Source: Clostridiales bacterium (GTDB taxonomy: Bacteria > Bacillota > Clostridia > Saccharofermentanales > Saccharofermentanaceae). From it: a DNA stretch of 64,000 nucleotides. The notes under the pieces are model-generated. The model made no database searches and had not been told where the DNA came from. It saw only the letters and a list, made by a program, of their open reading frames with translations. Location: the NCBI GenBank assembly GCA_017513085.1, contig JAFWDK010000010.1, positions 160,001-224,000 on the forward strand. The letters are read 5' to 3'. Shown one piece after another: positions 30,277 to 40,785 of this stretch (position 1 is the stretch's first letter; the number at the start of each line of letters is the position of its first letter). The position numbers were made by a program, and so were the translations under genes.

Positions 30277-31167
30277 ATGGCGTATCCTTTGGTAGAAGGA
30301 AATATCGGTGAATTCTGTATATTGAATGGCGAAAAAGTCGCTTTTGATTCGGCAACCGGTCGGTCTCTTTTTATTCCAACTGATGACATCACATATTATG
30401 AATCTGTTCGTTTCCAGGAAGGTGTTCTGCTTTTCTGGGAAGACCACATGCAAAGACTTGAAAAGTCTGTTGCAGCGAAAGAGGCTTTTCCGATCGAACC
30501 GGATCTGTATCATAAACTCGCGAGCTCGCTGATCAAAGATAGTGGTTTGACAGATGGAAATGTCCGCGTGGTGATCACGCATTCCTTAAATCTTGTATAT
30601 TTAAGCAATATGACGTATCCGACGGTGGATATGTATGAGAACGGAATTGTAACGACAAGTCTTACGTGGGAAAGAGTCGAGCCTCATGTGAAAGTTTTCC
30701 GTGGAGATTATAAGAAAGCGGTGGCGGAGGCGTCTTCGAGACAGACGTCTTTCGGACTTCCTTATGAAGTGATCCTGCGTGGCAATGACGGCAAGTTTGT
30801 CGAGGGCGGAAGATCCAACTTCTTTGTTCTGTATAAAGATACGGTGTATTCACCGTCCGAAGATCTGATCCTGATTGGAATCACGAGAAAATATGTCAAG
30901 AATGCCATCGCCGAAGCCGGTCTAAGACTTGAAGAGGGTGCTTTTACCATGGAAGAGCTGGTCAGGATGGAAACGGAAGAGGATGACGGACCGCCGAAGA
31001 TGGGGTTGTTTGTCACGAGCTCGCCTTTTGATATCCTTCCGGTTGCATCGATCGATGAGCAGAAGTTTTCTTCGGCTGACTGTCCGGCACTTCAGGAGCT
31101 GATGGTGAGCTACCAGAAGATCGTACATGAATATATCGATACACATGCACATGTGGAATCTTTTTAA
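30277..31167 (+). CDS. Class IV PLP-dependent aminotransferase-like protein (BCAT/ADC-lyase family)
   Basis: YESVR, HMQRLEKS, PHVK (putative Schiff-base Lys), EGGRSNFF, LIGITR, FVTSS. Confidence 0.85.
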   Translation: MAYPLVEGNIGEFCILNGEKVAFDSATGRSLFIPTDDITYYESVRFQEGVLLFWEDHMQRLEKSVAAKEAFPIEPDLYHKLASSLIKDSGLTDGNVRVVITHSLNLVYLSNMTYPTVDMYENGIVTTSLTWERVEPHVKVFRGDYKKAVAEASSRQTSFGLPYEVILRGNDGKFVEGGRSNFFVLYKDTVYSPSEDLILIGITRKYVKNAIAEAGLRLEEGAFTMEELVRMETEEDDGPPKMGLFVTSSPFDILPVASIDEQKFSSADCPALQELMVSYQKIVHEYIDTHAHVESF

Positions 31168-31193
31168 CAGGGAACAATTTTGGAGGTTTATAT

Positions 31194-33122
31194 ATGGCAA
31201 AAAAAGGAACGATTTCAGTAACAACGGAAAACATCTTTCCTATTATCAGAAAGTGGCTTTATTCCGATCAGGACATCTTTGTCCGTGAGCTGGTAAGTAA
31301 CGGCTCTGATGCGATTGCCAAGTTTAAGAGACTGGTCGATCTGGGTGAAGCCGTTAAGGAAGATACGGATGACTATCAGCTGCATGTCAATTATGACAGT
31401 GATGCAGGAACGATCGAGTTTACTGATAATGGTATCGGTATGACCGAAGAGGAAGTCGATAAGTACATCAACCAGATCGCTTTTTCCGGTGCGATGGATT
31501 TTGTTGAGAAATATAAAGAGCAGAGCACAGATGCGAGCGGCATTATCGGTCATTTCGGTCTCGGTTTTTATTCTGCCTTCATGGTGGCGGATAAAGTCCG
31601 TATCGATACGAAGTCTTTTGTTAAGGATGCGCCGGCGGTTTCCTGGGAATCCGATGATGGTATGGATTATGAGATCTCCGATTCGGACCGTACAGCACGT
31701 GGTACTACGATCACACTGACACTATCCGAAGAAGCGAAGAAGATCTTCGATGCCGGTAAGATCCGTGGTGTGCTGAAGAAGTACTGTTCTTTCATGCCGT
31801 TCGATCTGTATTATACGGATGTTGTGGCTGACAGAAAGCATGAGGAAGAGGAAGCCAAGAAGAGAAAAGAAGCCGAGGAGAAGGGCGAGGAGTATAAGGA
31901 GCATGAACATGAGATCATGCCGATCAATGACACCGAGCCGCTCTGGAAGAAGTCTCCTAAGGATTGTACGGATGAAGAGTACAAGAACTTCTACCGTACG
32001 GTATTCCATGACATGAAGGAACCTCTGTTCTGGATCCACCTCAACATGGATTATCCTTTCAATCTTCAGGGTATCCTTTACTTTCCGAAGACGAACAATG
32101 TCTATGAGACGCTGGAAGGCCGTATCAAGATCTACAATCACCAGGTTTTTGTTGCCGATAATATCGAAGAAGTTATTCCGGAATTCCTGTTCTTGCTTCG
32201 CGGCTGCCTCGACTGCACGGATCTTCCGCTTAATGTATCCCGTTCGGCTCTCCAGCAGGATGAATATGTCAAGAAACTTTCTTCACACATCATCCGTAAG
32301 GTTTCCGATAAGCTCAATGAAGTATTCAAGAATGACCGTAAGGCTTTCGAGGGATACTGGTCCGATATCAGCATCTTCGTCAAGTACGGTATGATGAAGG
32401 ATGAGAAGTTCTATGACAAGGTTAAGGACATCTGCTTGTTTAAGACCGTAGATAATGAATTCTTCACGCTCAAAGAACTAACCAAGGATAAGGAAAAGGA
32501 TACTGTCCGTTATACCAAGGCTCCGGATCAGCAGGCGGCTTATATTGCGATGGCGAAGGAGAAGGGCTTCGATGTTGTTGTTCTGAACGAAGAGCTTGAC
32601 AACAACTTCATTTCTTTCCTTGAGTACAAGCAGAACGATGTGAAGTTCAAGCGTGTTGACGCTGAGCTCGAAGGCGAGAATGCTTCCGAAGATGAGGTAA
32701 AAGCACTTGGTGAGCTGTTTAAGGCTGCTACGGCAGACGATAAACTTGAGGTTTCTGCGGTAGCGCTTGGCGCCGATCAGCTCCCTGCGTTTATACGTGA
32801 AACTGAAGAAGCACGTCGTATGGCAGAAATGAGAAAGCAGTTTGAGGCGATGCGAACGGGTAAGGAAGATGATCCGTATAAGGATCTCGACTCCATGTTC
32901 CCGATCAAGAAGGATCTTGTTTTGAATACGGATCATCCGCTGGTTCTGCGTCTGCGCGGTATGGCTTCTGTGGCAGAAGATAAGGAAAAACTGGATGCGC
33001 TTTGCATGCATCTTTATGATCAGGCGAGACTTGCGCATGGTTCTCTGGATGCGGAAGGTCTCAAGCGATTCCTGAAATATAACAGCGAACTTCTTACTGA
33101 AGTGGCGGAAAAATTGAAATAA
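31194..33122 (+). CDS. htpG: Chaperone HtpG (Hsp90)
   Basis: IFVRELVSNGSDA, DNGIGMT, IGHFGLGFYSAFMVA, PLNVSRS. Confidence 0.98.
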   Translation: MAKKGTISVTTENIFPIIRKWLYSDQDIFVRELVSNGSDAIAKFKRLVDLGEAVKEDTDDYQLHVNYDSDAGTIEFTDNGIGMTEEEVDKYINQIAFSGAMDFVEKYKEQSTDASGIIGHFGLGFYSAFMVADKVRIDTKSFVKDAPAVSWESDDGMDYEISDSDRTARGTTITLTLSEEAKKIFDAGKIRGVLKKYCSFMPFDLYYTDVVADRKHEEEEAKKRKEAEEKGEEYKEHEHEIMPINDTEPLWKKSPKDCTDEEYKNFYRTVFHDMKEPLFWIHLNMDYPFNLQGILYFPKTNNVYETLEGRIKIYNHQVFVADNIEEVIPEFLFLLRGCLDCTDLPLNVSRSALQQDEYVKKLSSHIIRKVSDKLNEVFKNDRKAFEGYWSDISIFVKYGMMKDEKFYDKVKDICLFKTVDNEFFTLKELTKDKEKDTVRYTKAPDQQAAYIAMAKEKGFDVVVLNEELDNNFISFLEYKQNDVKFKRVDAELEGENASEDEVKALGELFKAATADDKLEVSAVALGADQLPAFIRETEEARRMAEMRKQFEAMRTGKEDDPYKDLDSMFPIKKDLVLNTDHPLVLRLRGMASVAEDKEKLDALCMHLYDQARLAHGSLDAEGLKRFLKYNSELLTEVAEKLK

Positions 33123-33133
33123 AACCATAAGAT

Positions 33134-33166
33134 CCCGTTTTCCTTTGAAAAGGAAGCGGGGTTTTG
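33134..33166 (+). terminator. Probable terminator after htpG
   Basis: CCCGTTTTCCTT-tgaa-AAGGAAGCGGG followed by GTTTT. Confidence 0.6.
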
Positions 33167-33217
33167 TGATACCATAGAAACATTAAGGACAGATACAACA
33201 TTTTTGGAGGTTAGTTT

Positions 33218-36200
33218 ATGAGTAATCTGGTTCGAAGAATCTATTCGGAGAAGAAGAAAGAGTTCGCTGTTGAGGCGGCGGGACTGAAGAAGGATGTCTC
33301 CGCAGACTGCGGCGTCAAGACGATCGAAAGTGTGCGTGTTTTCCATAGATACGACGTTTCCGGTCTGAGTGATGAGGAATATGAACTGGCCAAGAATGTT
33401 GTTTTCTCGGAGCCGCCGGTCGATGTGGTTTACGATGAGACCATTGATGTATCTGATGCCGCCTATGTTCTGGCGATCGAGTCTTTGCCGGGACAGTATG
33501 ACCAGCGTGCCGATTCTGCGGCGCAGTGCTGCCAGATCCTGACGCAGAAAGAGAAGCCGCTGGTTCGTGTTGCACGTGTGATCGTGTTCTATGGTACAGT
33601 TACGGATGATCAGAAGAAAGCAATTGCGAAATACCTGATCAACCCGGTGGAGAGCCGTGAGGCGTCCATGGATAAGCCGGACACACTTGAGGAAGTTTTT
33701 GATGTTCCTTCTTCGGTACCTACGATCGAGGGCTTTATCTCCAAATCTAAAGAAGAGCTCTCTGGGCTTCGCAAGACATGGGGTCTTGCGATGTCGGATG
33801 CGGATATTGCATTTACACAGGAATTCTTCCAGTCGATCAAGCGTGATCCGACGATGACGGAGATTCGTGTTCTGGATACTTACTGGTCTGACCACTGCCG
33901 TCATACCACATTCCTTACCGAACTGACGGACGTCAAGATCGACGGCGACAGTGCTTTTGCTGAAGAATTGAAGAGCATCTACGCGAACTATCTGTCCACC
34001 AGAGAAGAGGTATATGGCGAGCGTATCACCAAGAAGCCGGTCTGCCTGATGGATCTGGCGACCATGGCGATGAGAAAACTGAAGAAAGACGGCAAACTTG
34101 CGGATCTTGATGAATCTGAAGAGATCAATGCTTGCTCGATCAAGATCCGGATCGATGTAGATGGTAAGCAAGAAGATTACGTTCTTATGTTTAAGAATGA
34201 GACACATAACCATCCGACGGAGATCGAACCGTTCGGTGGTGCGGCGACCTGCCTTGGCGGTGCGATCCGTGACCCGCTTTCCGGACGTTCCTATGTTTAC
34301 CAGGCTATGCGTGTGACCGGTGCCGGTGATCCGACAGTTCCGGTTTCCATGACTCTCGAAGGAAAGCTTTCGCAGAAGAAACTGGTTCGTACGGCTGCTG
34401 CAGGTTACAGTTCTTATGGTAACCAGATCGGTCTTTGCACGGGTCATGTTGATGAGATCTATCACCCGGGTTATGTGGCGAAGAGAATGGAGATCGGTGC
34501 GGTCGTTGGTGCTGCTCCGGCTGAGAATATCGTACGTGTTCGTCCGAGACCGGGTGACATCGTTGTCCTCCTTGGCGGACGTACGGGCCGTGATGGTATC
34601 GGTGGCGCTACCGGTTCTTCCAAGGCTCATGACGAGAAATCCGTCCTGACTTGTGGTTCGGAAGTGCAGAAGGGTAATCCGCCGACGGAAAGAAAGATCC
34701 AGAGATTGTTCCGTATTCCGGAAGTTTCTAAGATGATCCTTCGCTGTAATGACTTCGGCGCAGGCGGTGTTTCCGTTGCAATCGGTGAGCTGGCGGATGG
34801 TCTGGCGATTGATCTGGATAAAGTTCCGAAGAAGTATGAAGGACTGGATGGAACAGAAATTGCGATTTCCGAGTCTCAAGAGAGAATGGCAGTCGTGATC
34901 GATCCGAAGGATGAAAAAGCATTCTTCGATTATGCTGCTAAAGAAAACCTTGAAGCAACGGTTGTTGCGGTCGTTACGGAAGAACCGGTCATGAAGATGA
35001 CCTGGAAGGGCAACACGATCGTTGAACTCCCAAGAGCTTTTATCGATACGAACGGAGCATCTTCCTATGCGAAGGCTGAAGTTACCGAGCCGGATTTTGC
35101 TAACGGTATTATCGATAAGACAACGGATGCTTTTGTAAATGGCGATTTTGCCGCATCCTTGAAGGCGTCTTTGTCTTCTCTGGACGGCTGCTCGCGTAAA
35201 GGTCTTGTTTCCCGTTTTGACGGAACGATTGGTGCCGGCACGGTATTGATGCCTTTTGGTGGACGTTATCAGTTGTCTCCGGAAGAAGGTATGGCCTGCA
35301 AGATTCCGGTTGAAGAAGGAAAGACCAACGCCGTTTCCGTTATGGCTTATGGTTTTGATCCGTATTTCTCCGAGTGGAGCCCGTTCCATGGCGCTTACCA
35401 TGCTGTGACGGAATCTCTTTTACGTCTGGCTTGCCTCGGATGTGATCCTTTTGCGGCAAGACTGACTTTCCAGGAGTATTTCGAGCGTATGGCCGGTGAA
35501 AAGTCATGGGGCAAGCCGTTGTCGGCTTTGCTGGGTGCTTACCAGGCACAGCTTGACTTCGGTACAGCGTCTATCGGTGGTAAGGATAGTATGTCCGGTT
35601 CTTTTAATGAATTGCATGTTCCGCCGACGCTTGTTTCTTTTGCGGTAGGAATGACTACTACAGATAAAGTGGTTTCTTCTACGCTTTCTTCTGCGGGTGA
35701 GAAACTCTATGCCATCGCGATCAAGCGTGATGCGAACGGTCGTTATGTAAAAGAGCATGCGATCCGTGTCATGAAGTGTCTGACTCAGATCCAGGATCGT
35801 GGCCAGCTCCGTTGTGCAGGTGTGGTTCGTTCTGCGGGTATTGCGGCTCGTGTAGCACAGATGTGCTTCGGTAATAAGCTGGGCTTTGCTTTCGCGGATG
35901 GTATTGATATGGAGTCGCTCTTTAAGCATTCTTTCGGTACGGTACTGCTTTCCGTAAGCGACGGAAATGCTGTCGATAAGATCGAGCAGGTCGGCGGTAA
36001 GCTCCTCGGTAAGACTACAGCGGAGCAGACACTGGTTTGCGCCGGTCAGTCTATTACCGTAGACGATGCGATCGCTGCTTTTGTCGGCAAACTTGAGCCG
36101 ATCTTCCCGACGATCGTAGATGAGGGTGATGCGGTTTCTTATGAGAAGGGTGATTATGCGAAAAATGCTATTACTGCGCCGTCGATCCTGACCGGTGCGA

Positions 36201-37000
36201 AGCCGAAGGTATTCATTCCTGTCTTCCCGGGTACGAACTGTGAGTATGATACTGCTTTTGCCTTCTCGCGTGCTGGTGCGGAGCCGGATGTTATGGTTAT
36301 CCGTAACCGTAATTCCCAGGAGGTTGAGGAGTCCTTCAAGGAGATGAGCGAACGGATCAGAAAAGCGAATATGATCATGATCCCGGGTGGTTTCTCTGCC
36401 GGTGACGAACCGGAAGGATCCGGTAAGTTTATCGCTGCTGCTTTTAGAAATGCCGGCGTGACGGAGTCTGTAAGAGATCTCCTGTTTAACAGAGATGGTC
36501 TGATGCTGGGTATCTGCAACGGATTCCAGGCGCTCATGAAGCTTGGTCTTCTCCCGTATGGCGATATCCTGCCGCTTGAACACGATGGCCCGACTCTGAC
36601 ATTCAATAACATCGGACGTCACCAGAGTGCTTATGTTTCGACAAAGATCGTTTCTAACAATTCTCCATGGCTGTCCTTTACGAATGAGGGTGATATCCAT
36701 GAGATCGCTATCTCGCATGGTGAGGGCCGCTTCTGCGGATCTGAGGCTCTGCTTCGTGAACTCTTTGCTAAGGGTCAGGTAGCTACCCAGTATGTAGACG
36801 ATCAGGGTAACCCGACTATGGATACCGCATTTAACCCGAATGGTTCCATGTGCGCAATCGAAGGTATTATCAGCCCGAATGGACGTATCCTCGGTAAGAT
36901 GGGTCATAGTGAACGTATGGGCAATGGTGTTGCGAAGAATATTCCTGGTCAGAAGGATCAGAAGATTTTCGAGGCCGGTGTCCGGTACTTTATCGGATGA
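33218..37000 (+). CDS. purL: Phosphoribosylformylglycinamidine synthase, large single-chain clostridial type
   Basis: YWSDHCRHTTF, KNETHNHPTEIEPFGGA, FPGTNCE, PGGFSAGD, LGICNGFQ, SHGEG, KMGHSER. Confidence 0.97.
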   Translation: MSNLVRRIYSEKKKEFAVEAAGLKKDVSADCGVKTIESVRVFHRYDVSGLSDEEYELAKNVVFSEPPVDVVYDETIDVSDAAYVLAIESLPGQYDQRADSAAQCCQILTQKEKPLVRVARVIVFYGTVTDDQKKAIAKYLINPVESREASMDKPDTLEEVFDVPSSVPTIEGFISKSKEELSGLRKTWGLAMSDADIAFTQEFFQSIKRDPTMTEIRVLDTYWSDHCRHTTFLTELTDVKIDGDSAFAEELKSIYANYLSTREEVYGERITKKPVCLMDLATMAMRKLKKDGKLADLDESEEINACSIKIRIDVDGKQEDYVLMFKNETHNHPTEIEPFGGAATCLGGAIRDPLSGRSYVYQAMRVTGAGDPTVPVSMTLEGKLSQKKLVRTAAAGYSSYGNQIGLCTGHVDEIYHPGYVAKRMEIGAVVGAAPAENIVRVRPRPGDIVVLLGGRTGRDGIGGATGSSKAHDEKSVLTCGSEVQKGNPPTERKIQRLFRIPEVSKMILRCNDFGAGGVSVAIGELADGLAIDLDKVPKKYEGLDGTEIAISESQERMAVVIDPKDEKAFFDYAAKENLEATVVAVVTEEPVMKMTWKGNTIVELPRAFIDTNGASSYAKAEVTEPDFANGIIDKTTDAFVNGDFAASLKASLSSLDGCSRKGLVSRFDGTIGAGTVLMPFGGRYQLSPEEGMACKIPVEEGKTNAVSVMAYGFDPYFSEWSPFHGAYHAVTESLLRLACLGCDPFAARLTFQEYFERMAGEKSWGKPLSALLGAYQAQLDFGTASIGGKDSMSGSFNELHVPPTLVSFAVGMTTTDKVVSSTLSSAGEKLYAIAIKRDANGRYVKEHAIRVMKCLTQIQDRGQLRCAGVVRSAGIAARVAQMCFGNKLGFAFADGIDMESLFKHSFGTVLLSVSDGNAVDKIEQVGGKLLGKTTAEQTLVCAGQSITVDDAIAAFVGKLEPIFPTIVDEGDAVSYEKGDYAKNAITAPSILTGAKPKVFIPVFPGTNCEYDTAFAFSRAGAEPDVMVIRNRNSQEVEESFKEMSERIRKANMIMIPGGFSAGDEPEGSGKFIAAAFRNAGVTESVRDLLFNRDGLMLGICNGFQALMKLGLLPYGDILPLEHDGPTLTFNNIGRHQSAYVSTKIVSNNSPWLSFTNEGDIHEIAISHGEGRFCGSEALLRELFAKGQVATQYVDDQGNPTMDTAFNPNGSMCAIEGIISPNGRILGKMGHSERMGNGVAKNIPGQKDQKIFEAGVRYFIG

Positions 37001-37818
37001 TGAATAAACAGGAAGTTCTGTCTATCTTGGAGCAATATGGTCTTTCGGCCACAAAAAGCCTGGGACAGAACTTTTTGTGCAATCCGGATGTGATCGGCAG
37101 GATCCTGGAACTTGCAGAGATTTCGGATTCGACGCGGGTTCTGGAGATTGGACCCGGTATAGGAGCGCTTTCGGAAGAGGCGGTTTCCCGTGCCGGAAAA
37201 TACGTGGCCGTGGAGATCGATAGATCTTTCTTTGAAAGATTGTCTGCAATCATTGATTCTTGCGGCGGACGTGTGATCTACAGCGACTATCTTCAATTTG
37301 CGCCATCTGATTTAGATCCGTCAGAGGTGCCGGATGTAATCATTTCCAATCTTCCTTATTATGTCATGACGCCGATCATTCTGAAGGTGTTGGCAGATTT
37401 TCCGGAGTGCCGGAAGATGGTATATATGGTTGAAGAAGAAGCTGAAGCAAGGATCTTCGCTAAGCCGGGGACCAAGCAGTATGGACCGCTTGCGGTGCTT
37501 ACTGAGCTTTTTGGAGTGAAAAAGAAAGAATTTATTGTTGACCGCAATAGTTTCGTTCCTCCACCGAACACGACGTCGGCCGTGATTACGATTACACGTC
37601 GCGAGGGGCTTTCGTGGAAGAACGGATGGAGCAGATTTGTGGAGAGTGCTTTTGCTTTACGAAGAAAGACACTGGTCAATAGCCTGTCTGCTGCCGGTAT
37701 TTCCGATAAAGTGAAGGTGGCCGGGGCGCTTCGGGAGATGGGACGTCAGGAAACGGCCCGTGCGGAGGAACTCGGCCCCGATGAGTTTGTCCGGTTATAT
37801 GAGATCTTAACGAAATGA
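36997..37818 (+). CDS. rsmA: 16S rRNA m6,2A dimethyltransferase RsmA/KsgA
   Basis: KSLGQNFL, VLEIGPGIGALS, SNLPYY, F..RRKTL.N. Confidence 0.96.
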   Translation: MMNKQEVLSILEQYGLSATKSLGQNFLCNPDVIGRILELAEISDSTRVLEIGPGIGALSEEAVSRAGKYVAVEIDRSFFERLSAIIDSCGGRVIYSDYLQFAPSDLDPSEVPDVIISNLPYYVMTPIILKVLADFPECRKMVYMVEEEAEARIFAKPGTKQYGPLAVLTELFGVKKKEFIVDRNSFVPPPNTTSAVITITRREGLSWKNGWSRFVESAFALRRKTLVNSLSAAGISDKVKVAGALREMGRQETARAEELGPDEFVRLYEILTK

Positions 37819-37822
37819 AAGG

Positions 37823-38329
37823 ATGGCAATGATCATGGCATATGAGCGTTTAACCGATTCTTTGTTTGAGAAGTATACGAAATCCGATGAGAAGAAGAGT
37901 AAGCCAAAGGCTAAATCTTCGAAGAAAAAGAAGGATTCACCTTCCATGGGCGAGTATATTCAGCTTCCTCGTGAGGACCCTTCTAAGGCAACTAAAAAAA
38001 CGAAAAAGGGTGATGGTGCTTCGGAGAAGGGTTATCCGCAGAGTATCTACGTGAAGATTGCAGGAATGAATTATCGTTTTTCCGTGGATTCTTCCGTGGA
38101 AAAGGCGAAGACAATGTATACGGCGAAGATCGCCAACGATCTTCTGAATGAGACGCTTGAGGAGAATCCTTTGATTCCGACCAATCAGGCTTTGATACTT
38201 GCGTATATGGAGGCTTGCTTCCGCTGGCAGAACCTTCTTCATGGAGGTGAGGAGGAGAAAAAGCCGGCGCCGCTTCTGCCTTTAGAACAGTATTGTAAAG
38301 AGAACAACATTCCTATGGAGGAGTTATGA
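37823..38329 (+). CDS. ZapA-like cell division protein with a Lys-rich N-terminal extension
   Basis: IYVKIAGMNYRF...AKIANDLL...ALILAYM resembles the ZapA core; position before U32/dut matches clostridial synteny; exact start uncertain (37823/37829/37835). Confidence 0.5.
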   Translation: MAMIMAYERLTDSLFEKYTKSDEKKSKPKAKSSKKKKDSPSMGEYIQLPREDPSKATKKTKKGDGASEKGYPQSIYVKIAGMNYRFSVDSSVEKAKTMYTAKIANDLLNETLEENPLIPTNQALILAYMEACFRWQNLLHGGEEEKKPAPLLPLEQYCKENNIPMEEL

Positions 38330-40785
38330 GAAAACCGGAATTACTGGCACCTGCAGGTTCAATGAGTATGCTTCGCGCAGCTGTCGATGCCGGAGCGGAT
38401 GCGGTCTATCTTGGGCTGAATCAGTATAATGCGCGTATTCATGCGACGAACTTTACTTTGGAGAATCTTTCCGAAGCCTTGGAGTTTGCCCATCTTCGTA
38501 ATACGAGAGTTTATGTGACATTAAATACGCTGGTCGATGACGATGAGATCATTGATGCGGTGGAACTTGCCATGTCTGCCTATGAGAAAGGTGTTGATGC
38601 TTTTCTGGTGCAGGATATCGGTCTTGCGTCTTACCTTGCTGAGCATCTTCCGCAGATCCCTGTGCATGCCAGTACACAGATGAATGTCTTTTCCATGAAA
38701 CAGCTACAGGAAATGCGCGATTTTAAGATCAGTCGTGTTGTTCTTCCTCGTGAGCTTTCTCTGGATGAGATCCGCTCACGTGCGGCTCTATGGCATAGTG
38801 ACGATGTTGAGGTTGAGGTCTTTGTTCACGGCGCTATGTGCGTATGCTATTCCGGGCTTTGTCTTTTCAGTAGCATGAACAAATCAGGATCCCGATCTGG
38901 TAACCGTGGTGCCTGTGCCCAGCCTTGCCGTCAGAGTTATCAGATCTTCGACGGAAACCGCGAGATCGAAACGTATGGCAAACCGCTGCAATCTGGTAAA
39001 CTTCTTTCGCCTAAGGATCAATCGGCATTGCCATATCTTCGTGAACTTATGGAAGCCGGCGTGGATTCTCTTAAGATCGAAGGACGTATGCGCGATGAGA
39101 ATTACTGTACTGCGGTCGTTTCCGCATACCGTCGCATGATCGATGCGATTGCAGAGGATCGCGATACCCAAGAAGTAATGGATCAGGTAAAGAATGATCT
39201 TCTTGTTACGTTTAATCGCGGAGGCGATTTTACGACGCAGTATTTGCAGGGAAAGAAAGGTCCGGATTATCTGTCCGGAGAATATGCCGGAAAATACGGC
39301 CTTTATTGGGGTGAGGTCCTCTCGGTGAATCCTAAGCTCGGTACGATCAATGTGCGTTCGTGGCAGCAGGATGTACCGGAAAAAGGTGATTTCCTTTCTA
39401 TACGGGAGAAGGAGAATGAAGTGGCCAGCTTCCCGATCGGTAAAATCGAAGTTTCCAGAAACTCAGCTCTGGTCAAAGGTCTTCATCCGGATGCGATAAC
39501 TAAACTTAAGCAGGGAATGTCGGTTTACCGGATGAGTAAGCATATCACGGTTTCAAAAGAACAGGTCAGAAGAACTCCGGTTTCCGGTGTTCTTTCTAAG
39601 CATGATGACAAGATCGTTCTGACTCTGAAAGTCACTGAAGGTTTATTTTCCGGCGTAACAGCGGAACATGCTGTCGATGTTCAGGATCTGGGCGATGGGG
39701 CACCTCTTTCTTGGGAAAGAACCATGGATCAGTTGAATAAGACGGGTCAGACACCTTTCCGGCTTTCAGGGCTTGATATGGAAGGGGATTTTCCTATAAG
39801 CCTTCGTATTTCCAGCGTGAATGAACTCCGGAGATGTGCGATGGGAAAGATGGCAGAAGCAATTCTGGATGCATCTTTGGAAAACAGGAGCAGTGCTTTT
39901 GCTGAAGAAGGTGAGACGGAAGAGAACGGGCGGACGGCTCCTGAGAAAAAGCATATCGTGATCGCGGATTACATCGATATGGACCGTATCACGGATGGAT
40001 ATGCCTGCGGTGCCGATCTTTATGTTTTTTCCGTGCTTTCGGTACTGAAGTCCGGACGGATCGGCTGGATCGATGAATTGCTTTCGGAAGAGCCGGGAGC
40101 AAAGATCGCGCTTCGTTTGCCGGGGGCATATAAAGATGAAATGCTGCCGAGTATTGAAAAAGCGTCTGATCTTCTGATGACGCATGCAGGCAAGCGGTTT
40201 GCCGGGTTCTTCGGTACGTTCGCCGATGAGGAGACGATAGGCCTTCTTGCGGGTACGAACATTTATAATCATTTCTCCTATGAGTATTCGTTAAAGCAGG
40301 ATGTGGAGTATATCCTGCCTTCCTACGAGCTTACTAATGAGCAGATCGTGAGAATGGCGCAATTGACCGGCCCGGATAAGAAGACGGCGTATCTCGGTGT
40401 ACACCGTTACGGTCCGGTGGAATGGATGCAGTCTGAATTCTGTCCGCTCGGCAGGCATCAGAAGAACTGTTCATTGTGCCGTGAGCATCCTGAGGTTTCT
40501 TTGGGTGAGAAGATCACGGAGAAGGGAGCTATGCATAACGACTCCAGAGTGGATGTGGTTTGTTATCCCGGTTTCTGCAGAAGTGATCTTTTCGGAACAT
40601 GCAAAAACATGATCAGCGCGAAGACCGTGCAATCGTTGTTGAATCAGCAGGTTCCGGTTGCGTCGGTAGCCAGATTCATGAATGAGGATCAGATGGAGAG
40701 AAGATCGATCGTTGATTCGCTTTTGGATATTGGCGGAGACGATGAGGAATTCTACGAGGAAGGTGAGGACTGGTATGAATATTGA
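38326..40785 (+). CDS. Peptidase U32 family protein, long form (RlhA-like RNA hydroxylation protein)
   Basis: KPELLAPAG, GADAVYLG, HASTQM, RELS, HGAMCVCYSGLC, NRGACAQPCR, SLKIEGR. Confidence 0.9.
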   Translation: MRKPELLAPAGSMSMLRAAVDAGADAVYLGLNQYNARIHATNFTLENLSEALEFAHLRNTRVYVTLNTLVDDDEIIDAVELAMSAYEKGVDAFLVQDIGLASYLAEHLPQIPVHASTQMNVFSMKQLQEMRDFKISRVVLPRELSLDEIRSRAALWHSDDVEVEVFVHGAMCVCYSGLCLFSSMNKSGSRSGNRGACAQPCRQSYQIFDGNREIETYGKPLQSGKLLSPKDQSALPYLRELMEAGVDSLKIEGRMRDENYCTAVVSAYRRMIDAIAEDRDTQEVMDQVKNDLLVTFNRGGDFTTQYLQGKKGPDYLSGEYAGKYGLYWGEVLSVNPKLGTINVRSWQQDVPEKGDFLSIREKENEVASFPIGKIEVSRNSALVKGLHPDAITKLKQGMSVYRMSKHITVSKEQVRRTPVSGVLSKHDDKIVLTLKVTEGLFSGVTAEHAVDVQDLGDGAPLSWERTMDQLNKTGQTPFRLSGLDMEGDFPISLRISSVNELRRCAMGKMAEAILDASLENRSSAFAEEGETEENGRTAPEKKHIVIADYIDMDRITDGYACGADLYVFSVLSVLKSGRIGWIDELLSEEPGAKIALRLPGAYKDEMLPSIEKASDLLMTHAGKRFAGFFGTFADEETIGLLAGTNIYNHFSYEYSLKQDVEYILPSYELTNEQIVRMAQLTGPDKKTAYLGVHRYGPVEWMQSEFCPLGRHQKNCSLCREHPEVSLGEKITEKGAMHNDSRVDVVCYPGFCRSDLFGTCKNMISAKTVQSLLNQQVPVASVARFMNEDQMERRSIVDSLLDIGGDDEEFYEEGEDWYEY

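Noticed and set aside
33020-36907. 793-aa and 467-aa antisense ORFs opposite purL
   Set aside because: Same shadow-ORF effect; no protein-like motifs and no independent expression signals.
33218-37000. Fused synthetase and glutaminase in PurL, away from other pur genes
   Set aside because: Single-chain PurL of this type is an established clostridial form. The short upstream gap holds the htpG terminator and shows no riboswitch.
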